Positions 27,375-35,988 of a DNA stretch of 64,000 nt are shown here, piece after piece (the first letter of the stretch is position 1; every line of letters starts with the position of its first letter). A program made the translations under genes and the position numbers. The notes under the pieces are model-generated. The model did not search any database. It had not been told where the DNA came from and was given only the letters and a program-made list of their open reading frames with translations. The DNA comes from Rickettsiaceae bacterium (lineage in GTDB: Bacteria > Pseudomonadota > Alphaproteobacteria > Rickettsiales > Rickettsiaceae). The stretch is from NCBI GenBank assembly GCA_963676335.1, contig OY781057.1, positions 783,047-847,046 on the forward strand. Reading direction: 5' to 3'.

Positions 27375-28787
27375 CTAACGGATTCTCGATATCATCATAG
27401 GTTTCTGTTCGGAAGATTCCTGTTTATTTCCCCCATTAACACCAGCTATTTTAGCTTTACCTTTCATATTTGTAGCAATTTTTTTAGCCTCTTTTAAGAC
27501 ATTCTCTACGTCTCTAGAGTGAGAAGAAAAAATACTTTTTAAAAATTCTTTAAATCTATCCCAATTAGGTTTCTTTTCAGTATTATTACTTTTTATTATT
27601 ACATTTTCAATCTCTGTTTGCAAAAACCTCTTATTCATATCTTTACCTATAAAATTTTCTATCTTATTCGCAGCCTTTTCAGCAATTTCTTTTACCTTAT
27701 CTAAAGATACAATATTATCTCCAAGATTCTTTACTTCTTTCTCTATGTGTTTTATTAAAACATCAGGAAACATTTCATTTTTTACTACATCATTTTTTTT
27801 AAACATATTTAATATACTATTTTCCTCGCTATTCAAATTTTCATTATTAGATAAAAATTTATTAAGTAAAATTGCTACATTAACACTATTATCAAAGTCT
27901 TTAAATTCATCCATAATCTCTTTTTCTTTTTTTACTGTAGCGTTGCTTTTAAAAGCAATATCAAAATTTGTTACTATATCTATATCCGCTTTTATGCTTT
28001 TTACATTATCTCCCGCTTTACCTAAATCAATAAACGAAGTTTCATATATTTTATTATATCCATCAAATTTCTTATCAAATATAGCTACTCTTCCAATTTC
28101 AGTTTGTTCGTTTTTAATTGCTTGACATCTATTTGGATCAGAGTTAATCATATTCTCTGGAACTATTATCGCAGCTCCTATGTTTTTACATTTTACATTA
28201 TCTTTGTCAATTACTATTTTTGTGGTTATTTGATTTGAGGATATTAGTCCCTCTTGACTTGGTACAATAAAAGAACCCAAAACGTTAAATCCGCTTGCAA
28301 GCCCCTGTTGAGCATGACATGCTTTAATAACATCCACTTGGGAGTCTGATAATTGATAAGTATCCTTTAATTCTTTATTTATATCCTCAACAGTTATCGG
28401 ATATTTAAGGTTATTATCCTTTAGGAATTTTGTTATTATATCATTTATTTTAGTTGGATCATTTTTTACTTTCTCCAAATTGGTTTGTAATTCCTTTTTT
28501 AGATCGCCCTCTAAACCAATGTTTTTTATAAAATTTTCTATATCTCTATTAGAATCATCCACAAAATTTTTTATTTTTTTACTTGCTATAGATTTATTTA
28601 AATTTATTACATTTCCATCTTTTTCTACAAATATTTCGCTTCTATTTAAATCTATTCCAAATTGCTCCCCTTTTTTACTCGAATGAAAATCGTAATGTAA
28701 ATTATTATTAATCTTTTCTTCTATCGTATTAGGCTTATCCACCTTTTTTATATTAGTAATATCGACGGAATATTTATATGATGGCAT
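27375..28787 (-). CDS. Lys/Asn-rich hypothetical protein, paralog of 9037-10314 (effector-like)
   Basis: See the 9037-10314 entry. The 3' ~300 bp is near-identical at the DNA level, for example a 37-nt identical run ctgatgttttaataaaacacatagagaaagaagtaaa. Confidence 0.75.
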   Translation of the reverse strand: MPSYKYSVDITNIKKVDKPNTIEEKINNNLHYDFHSSKKGEQFGIDLNRSEIFVEKDGNVINLNKSIASKKIKNFVDDSNRDIENFIKNIGLEGDLKKELQTNLEKVKNDPTKINDIITKFLKDNNLKYPITVEDINKELKDTYQLSDSQVDVIKACHAQQGLASGFNVLGSFIVPSQEGLISSNQITTKIVIDKDNVKCKNIGAAIIVPENMINSDPNRCQAIKNEQTEIGRVAIFDKKFDGYNKIYETSFIDLGKAGDNVKSIKADIDIVTNFDIAFKSNATVKKEKEIMDEFKDFDNSVNVAILLNKFLSNNENLNSEENSILNMFKKNDVVKNEMFPDVLIKHIEKEVKNLGDNIVSLDKVKEIAEKAANKIENFIGKDMNKRFLQTEIENVIIKSNNTEKKPNWDRFKEFLKSIFSSHSRDVENVLKEAKKIATNMKGKAKIAGVNGGNKQESSEQKPMMISRIR

Positions 28788-29201
28788 AAAATTAATTATT
28801 TTTTTACAAGTTATATTCTAATATTATAACATAATTTATCTCAAAAAAACTAAAGATTAAATTACTTTCAATTTGCGAATTTTACAGAAATTCCATTTTA
28901 CCATGGAACTTATTTAAGCAGGACAGAACTTTCGCTATTTCAAAACTGGAAGTAGGAACATAGATATAAAAAGCCCCTGCTACAACAGAAGTAATAATTT
29001 CACTCCATATAAAATGATAATACATTTTTATTCTTGACTATTTAACCTATATTAATTACCTTATAGAGGTCAGGAGAATGATTTATATTACTTCTATAGA
29101 AAATTTCTGAATAGATAAATCAGAAAAGTCGCAAAAACTAAAGTTACTTTTGATAAAGAAGAACGTTATTAATTTTTTGCACAACTTTATATACGCATAT
29201 C

Positions 29202-30197
29202 ATGCTAATTTATCAATCCTACATTTTTAATAAAATAGCAAAATTATTTTTAATTACAATAATTACTGTTACAGTAGTGCTATGGTTCGGACAAATCATT
29301 AAGTTAAGTTATTGTTTAAAACAAGGATCTGGGCTTTTACTATTTATAAAAGTAGCACTAGCATTATTTCCAATTATCATATGGCCCATTTTACCCCCTA
29401 TAACTTTAATTAGCACTATCTATTGTTACTATAAATTACACACATATAATGAATTGTTAATTCTTTCAGATTGTGGAGTAAATAAACGACAATTAATGCT
29501 CCCAGCGATAAATTTTTCGTTAATTATCATGTGTATTAGTTATTTCCTAGGAATATATTTGTTACCTAAATCCAATTTATTTTTAAAACATACTTCTTAT
29601 GAGATAAAGCATAGATATGTAAATACATACTTGCTTATGTCCCAAAATTTAACAAATTTAGCCGAAGGGTTATGTATATATATGGATGAAACGCAAAAAA
29701 TTGTTATTATAGATTTGCGACAAAAAAGCAAAGTAAATGTTATCAAAGCTAAAGAGTTTATTAAAACTAATCAAATGTTAAGTTTATATAAAGGCATAGA
29801 ATATATAATAGATAGTAATAACGAAGTAGTGAGTTATTTTGATCATATAATTATTAATTTGAATAAATTATTAAGTAAATTTACTGCGCCTTACAAAAAA
29901 AGCATACAAGAATATTATTTTTGGGAACTAGATAAAACTATACATTACATAGAAATATATCAAAGGTTAATATGGCCCTTATATTGTATAATTTTAACAG
30001 TAATAGGATTATCCATATTTTTAAAGTTTCAATACATAACTACATATTCTTGTTTAATAAGTTTTATAATAAGTTTATTTAGTTGCTATATACATTTTTA
30101 CATATATTCGTATTTTCACAAACATGAACATGTTAATACCTTTATATATCTTATTCCTATATTTTGGCTACTAATAGGATATATTTTATCAATTTGA
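29202..30197 (+). CDS. LptF/LptG-family LPS export permease (YjgP/YjgQ)
   Basis: The N-terminal IYQSYIFNKIAKLFLITIITVTVVLWFGQIIKL pattern, the TM-periplasmic loop-TM layout and the size all fit. Confidence 0.7.
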   Translation: MLIYQSYIFNKIAKLFLITIITVTVVLWFGQIIKLSYCLKQGSGLLLFIKVALALFPIIIWPILPPITLISTIYCYYKLHTYNELLILSDCGVNKRQLMLPAINFSLIIMCISYFLGIYLLPKSNLFLKHTSYEIKHRYVNTYLLMSQNLTNLAEGLCIYMDETQKIVIIDLRQKSKVNVIKAKEFIKTNQMLSLYKGIEYIIDSNNEVVSYFDHIIINLNKLLSKFTAPYKKSIQEYYFWELDKTIHYIEIYQRLIWPLYCIILTVIGLSIFLKFQYITTYSCLISFIISLFSCYIHFYIYSYFHKHEHVNTFIYLIPIFWLLIGYILSI

Positions 30198-30214
30198 AAT
30201 TAAATAATAATTAA

Positions 30215-30955
30215 TCAATTTACTATTTTTAAAATAAAAACCATTTTTTTTAAAATACTATCTATCGTAATAAACAATATACTGAAAATAATTAAAATTT
30301 GTGCTGGAGTAATTACAAAGAACACTTGAAAATTTGGTATTAATCTTGATAACAATCCTGATCCCGTTAATATTGCAAGACTTACTACAATAAAAGGGGA
30401 AGACATTTTAAATGCTAAAATAAAGCTATCATTTACAATATGACTAATAAAATTAGCACTATCCCCCATATTAGGAATTTGGTTAATTGGGAAACTATTA
30501 TAACTACTGATAATAGCTTTAATAAAAGTATGATGAGTACCAGTAGAAAAAATCATAGATACTACTGCTATAATAAAAAAATTAGAAAATACACTAGATT
30601 GATTTTGTTTTTCATTAGGAGAAAAGAAAACCGCAGAACTTAGACCAGATTGCATAGAAATAATTGCACCCAATGTATGCAAAGCTAAAAAATTTATCTT
30701 TACCATTAATCCAAACATAATTCCTATGAATATTTCAATTACTAAACAATTTAATAGAAATCCAAAATTGTTTGAATACTGAGGCAACTCTAACAGAGGA
30801 TACGCAATAAAGCATATTAGTATTGCTATTAATAATCTGCCCCGAGTAGGAACATAACTTTCAGAAAATCCTGGTAATAAAGAAAATATGGCACCTATTC
30901 TAGCAAATAGAATCATGAATTTGAAAATAAAATTTGTGCTAAATATAGCATCCAT
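30215..30955 (-). CDS. fliR: Flagellar/T3SS export apparatus protein FliR (SctT family)
   Basis: FARIGAIFSLLPGFSESYVPTRGR, SMQSGLSSAVFFSP and LLSRLIPNFQVFFVITP parallel E. coli FliR (GLQMGLSFATFVDP, LLNRMAPQLSVFVIGFP). Confidence 0.7.
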   Translation of the reverse strand: MDAIFSTNFIFKFMILFARIGAIFSLLPGFSESYVPTRGRLLIAILICFIAYPLLELPQYSNNFGFLLNCLVIEIFIGIMFGLMVKINFLALHTLGAIISMQSGLSSAVFFSPNEKQNQSSVFSNFFIIAVVSMIFSTGTHHTFIKAIISSYNSFPINQIPNMGDSANFISHIVNDSFILAFKMSSPFIVVSLAILTGSGLLSRLIPNFQVFFVITPAQILIIFSILFITIDSILKKMVFILKIVN

Positions 30956-30962
30956 ACATTAA

Positions 30963-31292
30963 CTAATTCCATAATTGTTCTAATTGATAATACTGTCTTG
31001 TTTCTGGGTTAAATATATGGACAATAATATCACCAATATCTAGCACAATCCATTGTGCATTATTAAACCCATCTATTTTTATTTTTAAACCTAAATGTTT
31101 TTTTAGTTCTAAACTAATAAAATCTGCAATAGCCATAATGTTTTTATTAGAACGCCCATCAGATAAGATCATATATGTAGTTAATGTTGTTTTATCTGAA
31201 ACATCAATTACTGATATATTTTCTGCTTTTTTCTCAATTAATAGTTTTACAACTAACTCTTTTAATTCTTCCACTGAAGTAAAATTGATCAT
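30963..31292 (-). CDS. rsfS: Ribosome silencing factor RsfS (iojap)
   Basis: AENISVIDVSDKTTLTTYMILSDGRSN and WIVLDIGDIIVHIF motifs. Confidence 0.9.
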   Translation of the reverse strand: MINFTSVEELKELVVKLLIEKKAENISVIDVSDKTTLTTYMILSDGRSNKNIMAIADFISLELKKHLGLKIKIDGFNNAQWIVLDIGDIIVHIFNPETRQYYQLEQLWN

Positions 31293-31391
31293 ATCTTAAT
31301 TTATTTGGTATTTTATTAGAGTATATCCTGGACGTTCAAAGATAGCAATATTGATTAGTTTCTGCGCACTTTATCTACTTTTTTTTGTACA

Positions 31392-32324
31392 TTATTTATA
31401 TGCGGCTCTATTTAAACGATCATTAATTGCTAGTCCAATCCCTTTATTAGAAATAGTGGCGACAGCTATCCCTGTATAATCATTATTCTTTTTTCCATAG
31501 ATATCTAAAAGATAAAGCATCCTATATAAGTTATATGCAGCCTCTGCTAAATTAGCGTTTTTACTTAAATTTAAACTATACTCTCCTTGCAAATTACTAT
31601 CTCCGAAATTTAATCCTAATTCATCAGACAGTAAAAACTCTGCATTAAGACGTAATTTTAGCTTAGGAGAATAATGTTTAGATAACATTCCTGGAGCTTT
31701 GGGGTGTAAAGATGATTCAAAACAAACTTTTTTATTTAAAATAGATTCAATTAAACTTGGAGCGATGAACCCATAACGTAATATTTTAAGTTCTCTTCCT
31801 GAAAAATCTAAAATCGTTGACTCAATTCCATATGTAGTGTCTCCATTATCAATAACATAAATTTTATTTTGTGCAAATTCTTTAGCCTGTACACTAGTAG
31901 TACTACTAATATATCCTGATACATTAGCACTAGGAGCTGCAATAGGAACCCCAGCAAATTTAATCAAATTTTGCGCAACATCATGAATTGGATATCTTAA
32001 TGCGATAGTATTTAATCCAGCTGTAACATTTGATGCTATAGGATAATTATTAGCATACGGAACGACTATAGTTAAAGGACCAGGCCACAACTTCTCAACA
32101 ATTATTTTAGCTTCTGAATTTAAAATTCCAATAGTATTTGCATGCTCAATGCTATTTACATGAACAATTAATGGATTAATCAAAGGCCTTTCTTTAAATA
32201 GATAAATTTTTTGACAAGCAGAGTAATTAGTTGCATCAGCACCTATACCATATACAGTTTCTGTTGGAAAAATTACCAAATTTCCATTTTTTATTAATTT
32301 TGCTGCATATACCAAATCCTTCAT
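31392..32324 (-). CDS. tsaC: L-threonylcarbamoyladenylate synthase (Sua5/YwlC-type TsaC with a C-terminal Sua5 domain)
   Basis: VIFPTETVYGIGADATN, PLIVHV and APSANVSG motifs; 310 aa. Confidence 0.88.
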   Translation of the reverse strand: MKDLVYAAKLIKNGNLVIFPTETVYGIGADATNYSACQKIYLFKERPLINPLIVHVNSIEHANTIGILNSEAKIIVEKLWPGPLTIVVPYANNYPIASNVTAGLNTIALRYPIHDVAQNLIKFAGVPIAAPSANVSGYISSTTSVQAKEFAQNKIYVIDNGDTTYGIESTILDFSGRELKILRYGFIAPSLIESILNKKVCFESSLHPKAPGMLSKHYSPKLKLRLNAEFLLSDELGLNFGDSNLQGEYSLNLSKNANLAEAAYNLYRMLYLLDIYGKKNNDYTGIAVATISNKGIGLAINDRLNRAAYK

Positions 32325-32335
32325 TATATAATTTA

Positions 32336-32734
32336 TTATATACCCATTAATTGCTGATTATTTTTTTTCAAATCTTGTTGTCTTCGAACTATTTCAGGAG
32401 TTAAAGTATAATCCATAACATGGTTATATCCCATACCATATTTAATTAATATGCTACCTATCTCTTCAAGCTCTTTTTTATCTTCTTTCGTAAATTTTTT
32501 TAATATCGTATCAGTAATCTCATATAAAAATTTCCAAGACAACTCCATTTTTTCTTGCAAAGATAAATTCATCTCAGGAGGAAATTTCTTTTTCTCATAT
32601 TCTTTTTGTGCAGAAGAATCATCTCTTTTTTCATATTTTACATCAACGTTTTTTTCTTCTTTTTTACGTAAAAATAAAAAGAAAAATATTGTAATAGTAA
32701 TAATAATAATTCCTGTAAATATGAAATATTTCAT
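32336..32734 (-). CDS. Hypothetical membrane-anchored charged protein
   Basis: An N-terminal TM segment is followed by a Lys/Glu-rich region. I recognise no family. Confidence 0.45.
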   Translation of the reverse strand: MKYFIFTGIIIITITIFFFLFLRKKEEKNVDVKYEKRDDSSAQKEYEKKKFPPEMNLSLQEKMELSWKFLYEITDTILKKFTKEDKKELEEIGSILIKYGMGYNHVMDYTLTPEIVRRQQDLKKNNQQLMGI

Positions 32735-32866
32735 ACACCATTATTTTATTTTGATGATACTTCTTATAATTTAACTCATAATATTTACACAGTCAATTAT
32801 TAACCAAAGACCAATCCCCCTCCTCTCCTAATTGTTTTTTAAAACAAACTATTATACCATAGATAT

Positions 32867-35131
32867 ATGGAGGAAAACATTATGAAACAATCACATTTAT
32901 TAAATATTTTGAAAAATAAAGATATTTCTACATTAATTCAAAATAAAAATTCAATTCCATCTAAAATGGTAAACATTATTTACCAACAAGCAGCGCAGTA
33001 TTTCAATATTTCAGAATTTGGAGAATTAACAGACTCATTTGATTTTAAATATAAAAATGATTTTTTACTTAAAGCTTTTGAATATGATAATATTCAATTA
33101 GCTGATTATATAAGAACAAAATATTGTGCTCTTATTCCCAATATTACTGTATTAAAAATAGCTATATCATCAAATAATATAAATGCAGTCAATCATGTTC
33201 TTAGTACGTATTCAATACAGAATGCGCTACAAAACGATACTGATGCTGCGCATATCTTATCAGAAGCAATAAAAACTGGTGTCTTAGATATTTATACACT
33301 CATAAGCAGTAATATTCCTGATGTAAACATTTTAATAAACAAAACTTCCGTTAAAGACGCTATTAAATACGCGGTACAGAATGGCGATATTCCTATAATT
33401 TCCAAACTAATAGAATATGAAAACGCTAAACAAAATATGAATTTAGTAGATGCTCTACATAATGAAAAATCAGAAATGGCAGAGTTTTTAATAGAAAAAA
33501 TAGATACTTTAGATTATACAATTACAGATCATAGAGGGTACTCTTTACTTCATTTAGCTTTAGAAAAAATTCAAAATTTATCTGATCGATACTATATTAT
33601 TAATCTCTTATTAAATGGAAACGCAAATGTTAATGCTATAGGTCCTAATGAGGATCCCGTAATTTACACTGCCGCTTTAATTGGAGATTATAATTGTTTT
33701 TCATTATTAAAAACCAAAGGAGCGTATTTTGATGTTAATAATGTCTTAACATCACCGATTCTTTACGCTGCAACTATAGGTCACAATCAACAAATTTTTT
33801 CAGAAGTAATAGCTACAGCAGATTTTTTAGACTATAAAACATTAAAAAATTTATTCAAAACTTTAAATACACAAAGAGATATTGAGTTTTTATCATCCCA
33901 AATACCTATAGTTCAAAACTATAATCTTAATAATATATTACCACTAACAAAATCAGAAATATATCAACCTGAAAAAAATATAAATCAAAAAAAACTTGTT
34001 CAACCTTCATTAAGCAGTTCCGATAATATAAGTGAAGAAAAAAATAATATTATAGACAATGTAAGTATAATGAAATCAGAAATATATCAACCTGACGAAA
34101 TTAACAATTGGAACGCTCTAATGATCCCTCAAAATATATCAAAAATATCATTTGTTAAAAAAAATAATGTTAAAAGTATTGTTACTTTAAAATCCTTCTC
34201 AGAGTTTAGTGAAGCCCCTATTCAAAGTTGGCTTGAAATAAAAAAACAGAATGAATCAGAAGAAGCTAAAAATGAAAATTCTTATATACTAAATCCTTTA
34301 AGTATTTCTTTAACTGAAAAAATAACCATTCCTCTTAATTTTAAGAAAACAAATATCTCAGAGATTAAAAATATAGAAAAAGATAATGATAGCTGGAATA
34401 TTTATACAGAAGAAGAAAAACAGAATGAATCAGAAGAAGCTAAAAATGAAAATTCTTATATACTAAATCCTTCAAGTATTTCTTCAACTGAAAAAATAAC
34501 CACTCCTCTTAAATTAAAAAAAATAAATAGCTTTGAAATTAAAAATATAGAACAAAATATTAAAACAGCTACTTTTTTAAAAATAGAAGACGGTATCCAA
34601 AATAATCAATCTAATGACTTAGATATTTTGGAAGATAATAAACAAAATATTAAAATGTTTACTTTGAATGCTATTCCTTCATTTTCTAGTCTATTTGAAA
34701 AATCAAAAAATGATAACCAAAGCAGCCTAGATAATAATGAAAACAATATAAAACAAAGCAATGCAGAGGAAGAAAAACAAAATGAACTAGAAAATTTTAG
34801 TATTGCTCAAATTAATAAAGCTTCTAACTCCTCAGAAATTCTCATAAAAAATAAAGAAATAGCAAATAATGAACAAAATATAGCCATTTTGAATAATGAT
34901 AATATAGAAAATGAAAAAGATATAAGTAATCAAGACAGTAGTTGGAATATTTTAAATAATAACACTAAACAAAATATTAAAACGTCTGCTTTAGTCCTTT
35001 CTTCATTTTCTAGTTTATTTCAAAACCCCAAAAATGATAACCAAGATATTGGTCAAAATAATTTAGATGATAATAGCTGGAATCTTTTAGAGAGTAGTAG
35101 CGTATCTATAATTGGAAATGTTGAACAATAG
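32867..35131 (+). CDS. Ankyrin-repeat protein with a repetitive Asn/Ser/Glu-rich C-terminal half (effector-like)
   Basis: ANK-like units include GYSLLHLALEK...LLLNGNANVNA and PVIYTAALIGDYNCFSLLKTKGAYFDV. The C-terminal half contains internal repeats (see the repeat feature). Confidence 0.8.
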   Translation: MEENIMKQSHLLNILKNKDISTLIQNKNSIPSKMVNIIYQQAAQYFNISEFGELTDSFDFKYKNDFLLKAFEYDNIQLADYIRTKYCALIPNITVLKIAISSNNINAVNHVLSTYSIQNALQNDTDAAHILSEAIKTGVLDIYTLISSNIPDVNILINKTSVKDAIKYAVQNGDIPIISKLIEYENAKQNMNLVDALHNEKSEMAEFLIEKIDTLDYTITDHRGYSLLHLALEKIQNLSDRYYIINLLLNGNANVNAIGPNEDPVIYTAALIGDYNCFSLLKTKGAYFDVNNVLTSPILYAATIGHNQQIFSEVIATADFLDYKTLKNLFKTLNTQRDIEFLSSQIPIVQNYNLNNILPLTKSEIYQPEKNINQKKLVQPSLSSSDNISEEKNNIIDNVSIMKSEIYQPDEINNWNALMIPQNISKISFVKKNNVKSIVTLKSFSEFSEAPIQSWLEIKKQNESEEAKNENSYILNPLSISLTEKITIPLNFKKTNISEIKNIEKDNDSWNIYTEEEKQNESEEAKNENSYILNPSSISSTEKITTPLKLKKINSFEIKNIEQNIKTATFLKIEDGIQNNQSNDLDILEDNKQNIKMFTLNAIPSFSSLFEKSKNDNQSSLDNNENNIKQSNAEEEKQNELENFSIAQINKASNSSEILIKNKEIANNEQNIAILNNDNIENEKDISNQDSSWNILNNNTKQNIKTSALVLSSFSSLFQNPKNDNQDIGQNNLDDNSWNLLESSSVSIIGNVEQ
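34244..34591 (+). repeat. Tandem 174-bp (58-aa) duplication inside the ankyrin gene
   Basis: KQNESEEAKNENSYILNPLSISLTEKITIPLNFKKTNISEIKNIEKD is followed by KQNESEEAKNENSYILNPSSISSTEKITTPLKLKKINSFEIKNIEQN. The first ~90 nt of each unit are nearly identical. Confidence 0.85.
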
Positions 35132-35212
35132 CATTGCTTTGATATTTATCAAGCATCTTAAAATACCAAAACCATATTCGTATAAACTAAGAGTTAGAGC
35201 AATAAAAATATG

Positions 35213-35807
35213 AGAGCCGAAAGAGTATAGAAAGACAAAGAATGATTTGTTTAGAGATATGTTACAAGTCGCAAAAGAAAGAGGAGTAACTCCAGAAGTA
35301 GTAATAGCCGACTGTTGATACGGCAGCTTAGATAATGCAAAATGTGTGCGAGAGTTAGGATGGAAGCGGCTTGTTGGATTAAAAAAGAATAGAGTGATCA
35401 ATCGCAACGAAAAATTAGAAGATTTGAATATTCCCGAAACGGGATTGAAGGTCCATTTACATGGTTATGGATAGATATATGTGTTTCGGTTAGTAGAAAA
35501 GAACGGCTACACGAGATATTTTGGGACAAATTTGGAAGATCGTACATTAGCGCAAGTAATAAAGTACGTAAAGATGCGTTGGAATATTGAAGCGTTTTAT
35601 AGAAAACTGAAGCAGTGCTGTGGTTTAGAGAAGCGTCAGGCGCATTTGGGCCGATCTCAGAGAAATCATATAGTTCCTTCTGTCTTAGCTTGGATGAATC
35701 AGCGAAAATTACGTGCCCTATACGGCTCTTCTATCTATAAACTCAAGTGGAATATTATCAAATTAGTGATTAAAAATCAATTGTCGATTAGGTTGAATAT
35801 GTGCTAG
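35213..35807 (+). pseudogene. IS4/IS701-like DDE transposase, C-terminal fragment with in-frame TGA and TAG
   Basis: A single frame reads ...GVTPEVVIADC*YGSLDN...HLHGYG*IYVFRLVEKNGYTRYFGTN...YVKMRWNIEAFYRKLKQCCGLEKRQ...QRNH. These match the DSWY and RW.IE..F...KQ..GL motifs. Confidence 0.7.
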
Positions 35808-35935
35808 TGGAATTTCTTGCGAAAGCTCTGCTATATTAACCTTTGAAAATACAAAAATCATGAGCACGTAAAGGAATAAGCGAACAAAACGTATAATAAA
35901 CTTCTGTGGGCTACCTTAGACTTAGACTTATATTC

Positions 35936-35975
35936 AGGCAAAAGAACTCTCCTCCTTATTTCTAACGGAGGAGAG
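35936..35975 (-). terminator. Rho-independent terminator of the autotransporter gene
   Basis: The 9-bp GC-rich stem ctctcctcc/ggaggagag (35947-35955 / 35967-35975) has an 11-nt loop. It is followed on the minus strand by TTCTTTTG and lies 14 nt after the stop. Confidence 0.7.
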
Positions 35976-35988
35976 ACGACTTAAGAAA

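Noticed and set aside
34244-34591. Regularly spaced repeats as a possible CRISPR array
   Set aside because: The units are 174 bp, lie in frame within a long ORF and encode a repeated protein module. There is no short repeat-spacer structure and there are no cas genes.
35087-35407. 106-aa minus-strand ORF
   Set aside because: It is antisense to the IS4/IS701-like transposase fragment and to the 3' end of the ankyrin gene.
35300-35480. The in-frame TGA at a conserved Trp position as a hint of genetic code 4 (TGA=Trp)
   Set aside because: The fragment also has an in-frame TAG and lacks its N-terminal half. In addition, intact genes in the window terminate at TGA (for example the radical-SAM gene at 13635-13637). 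This is a standard-code pseudogene.
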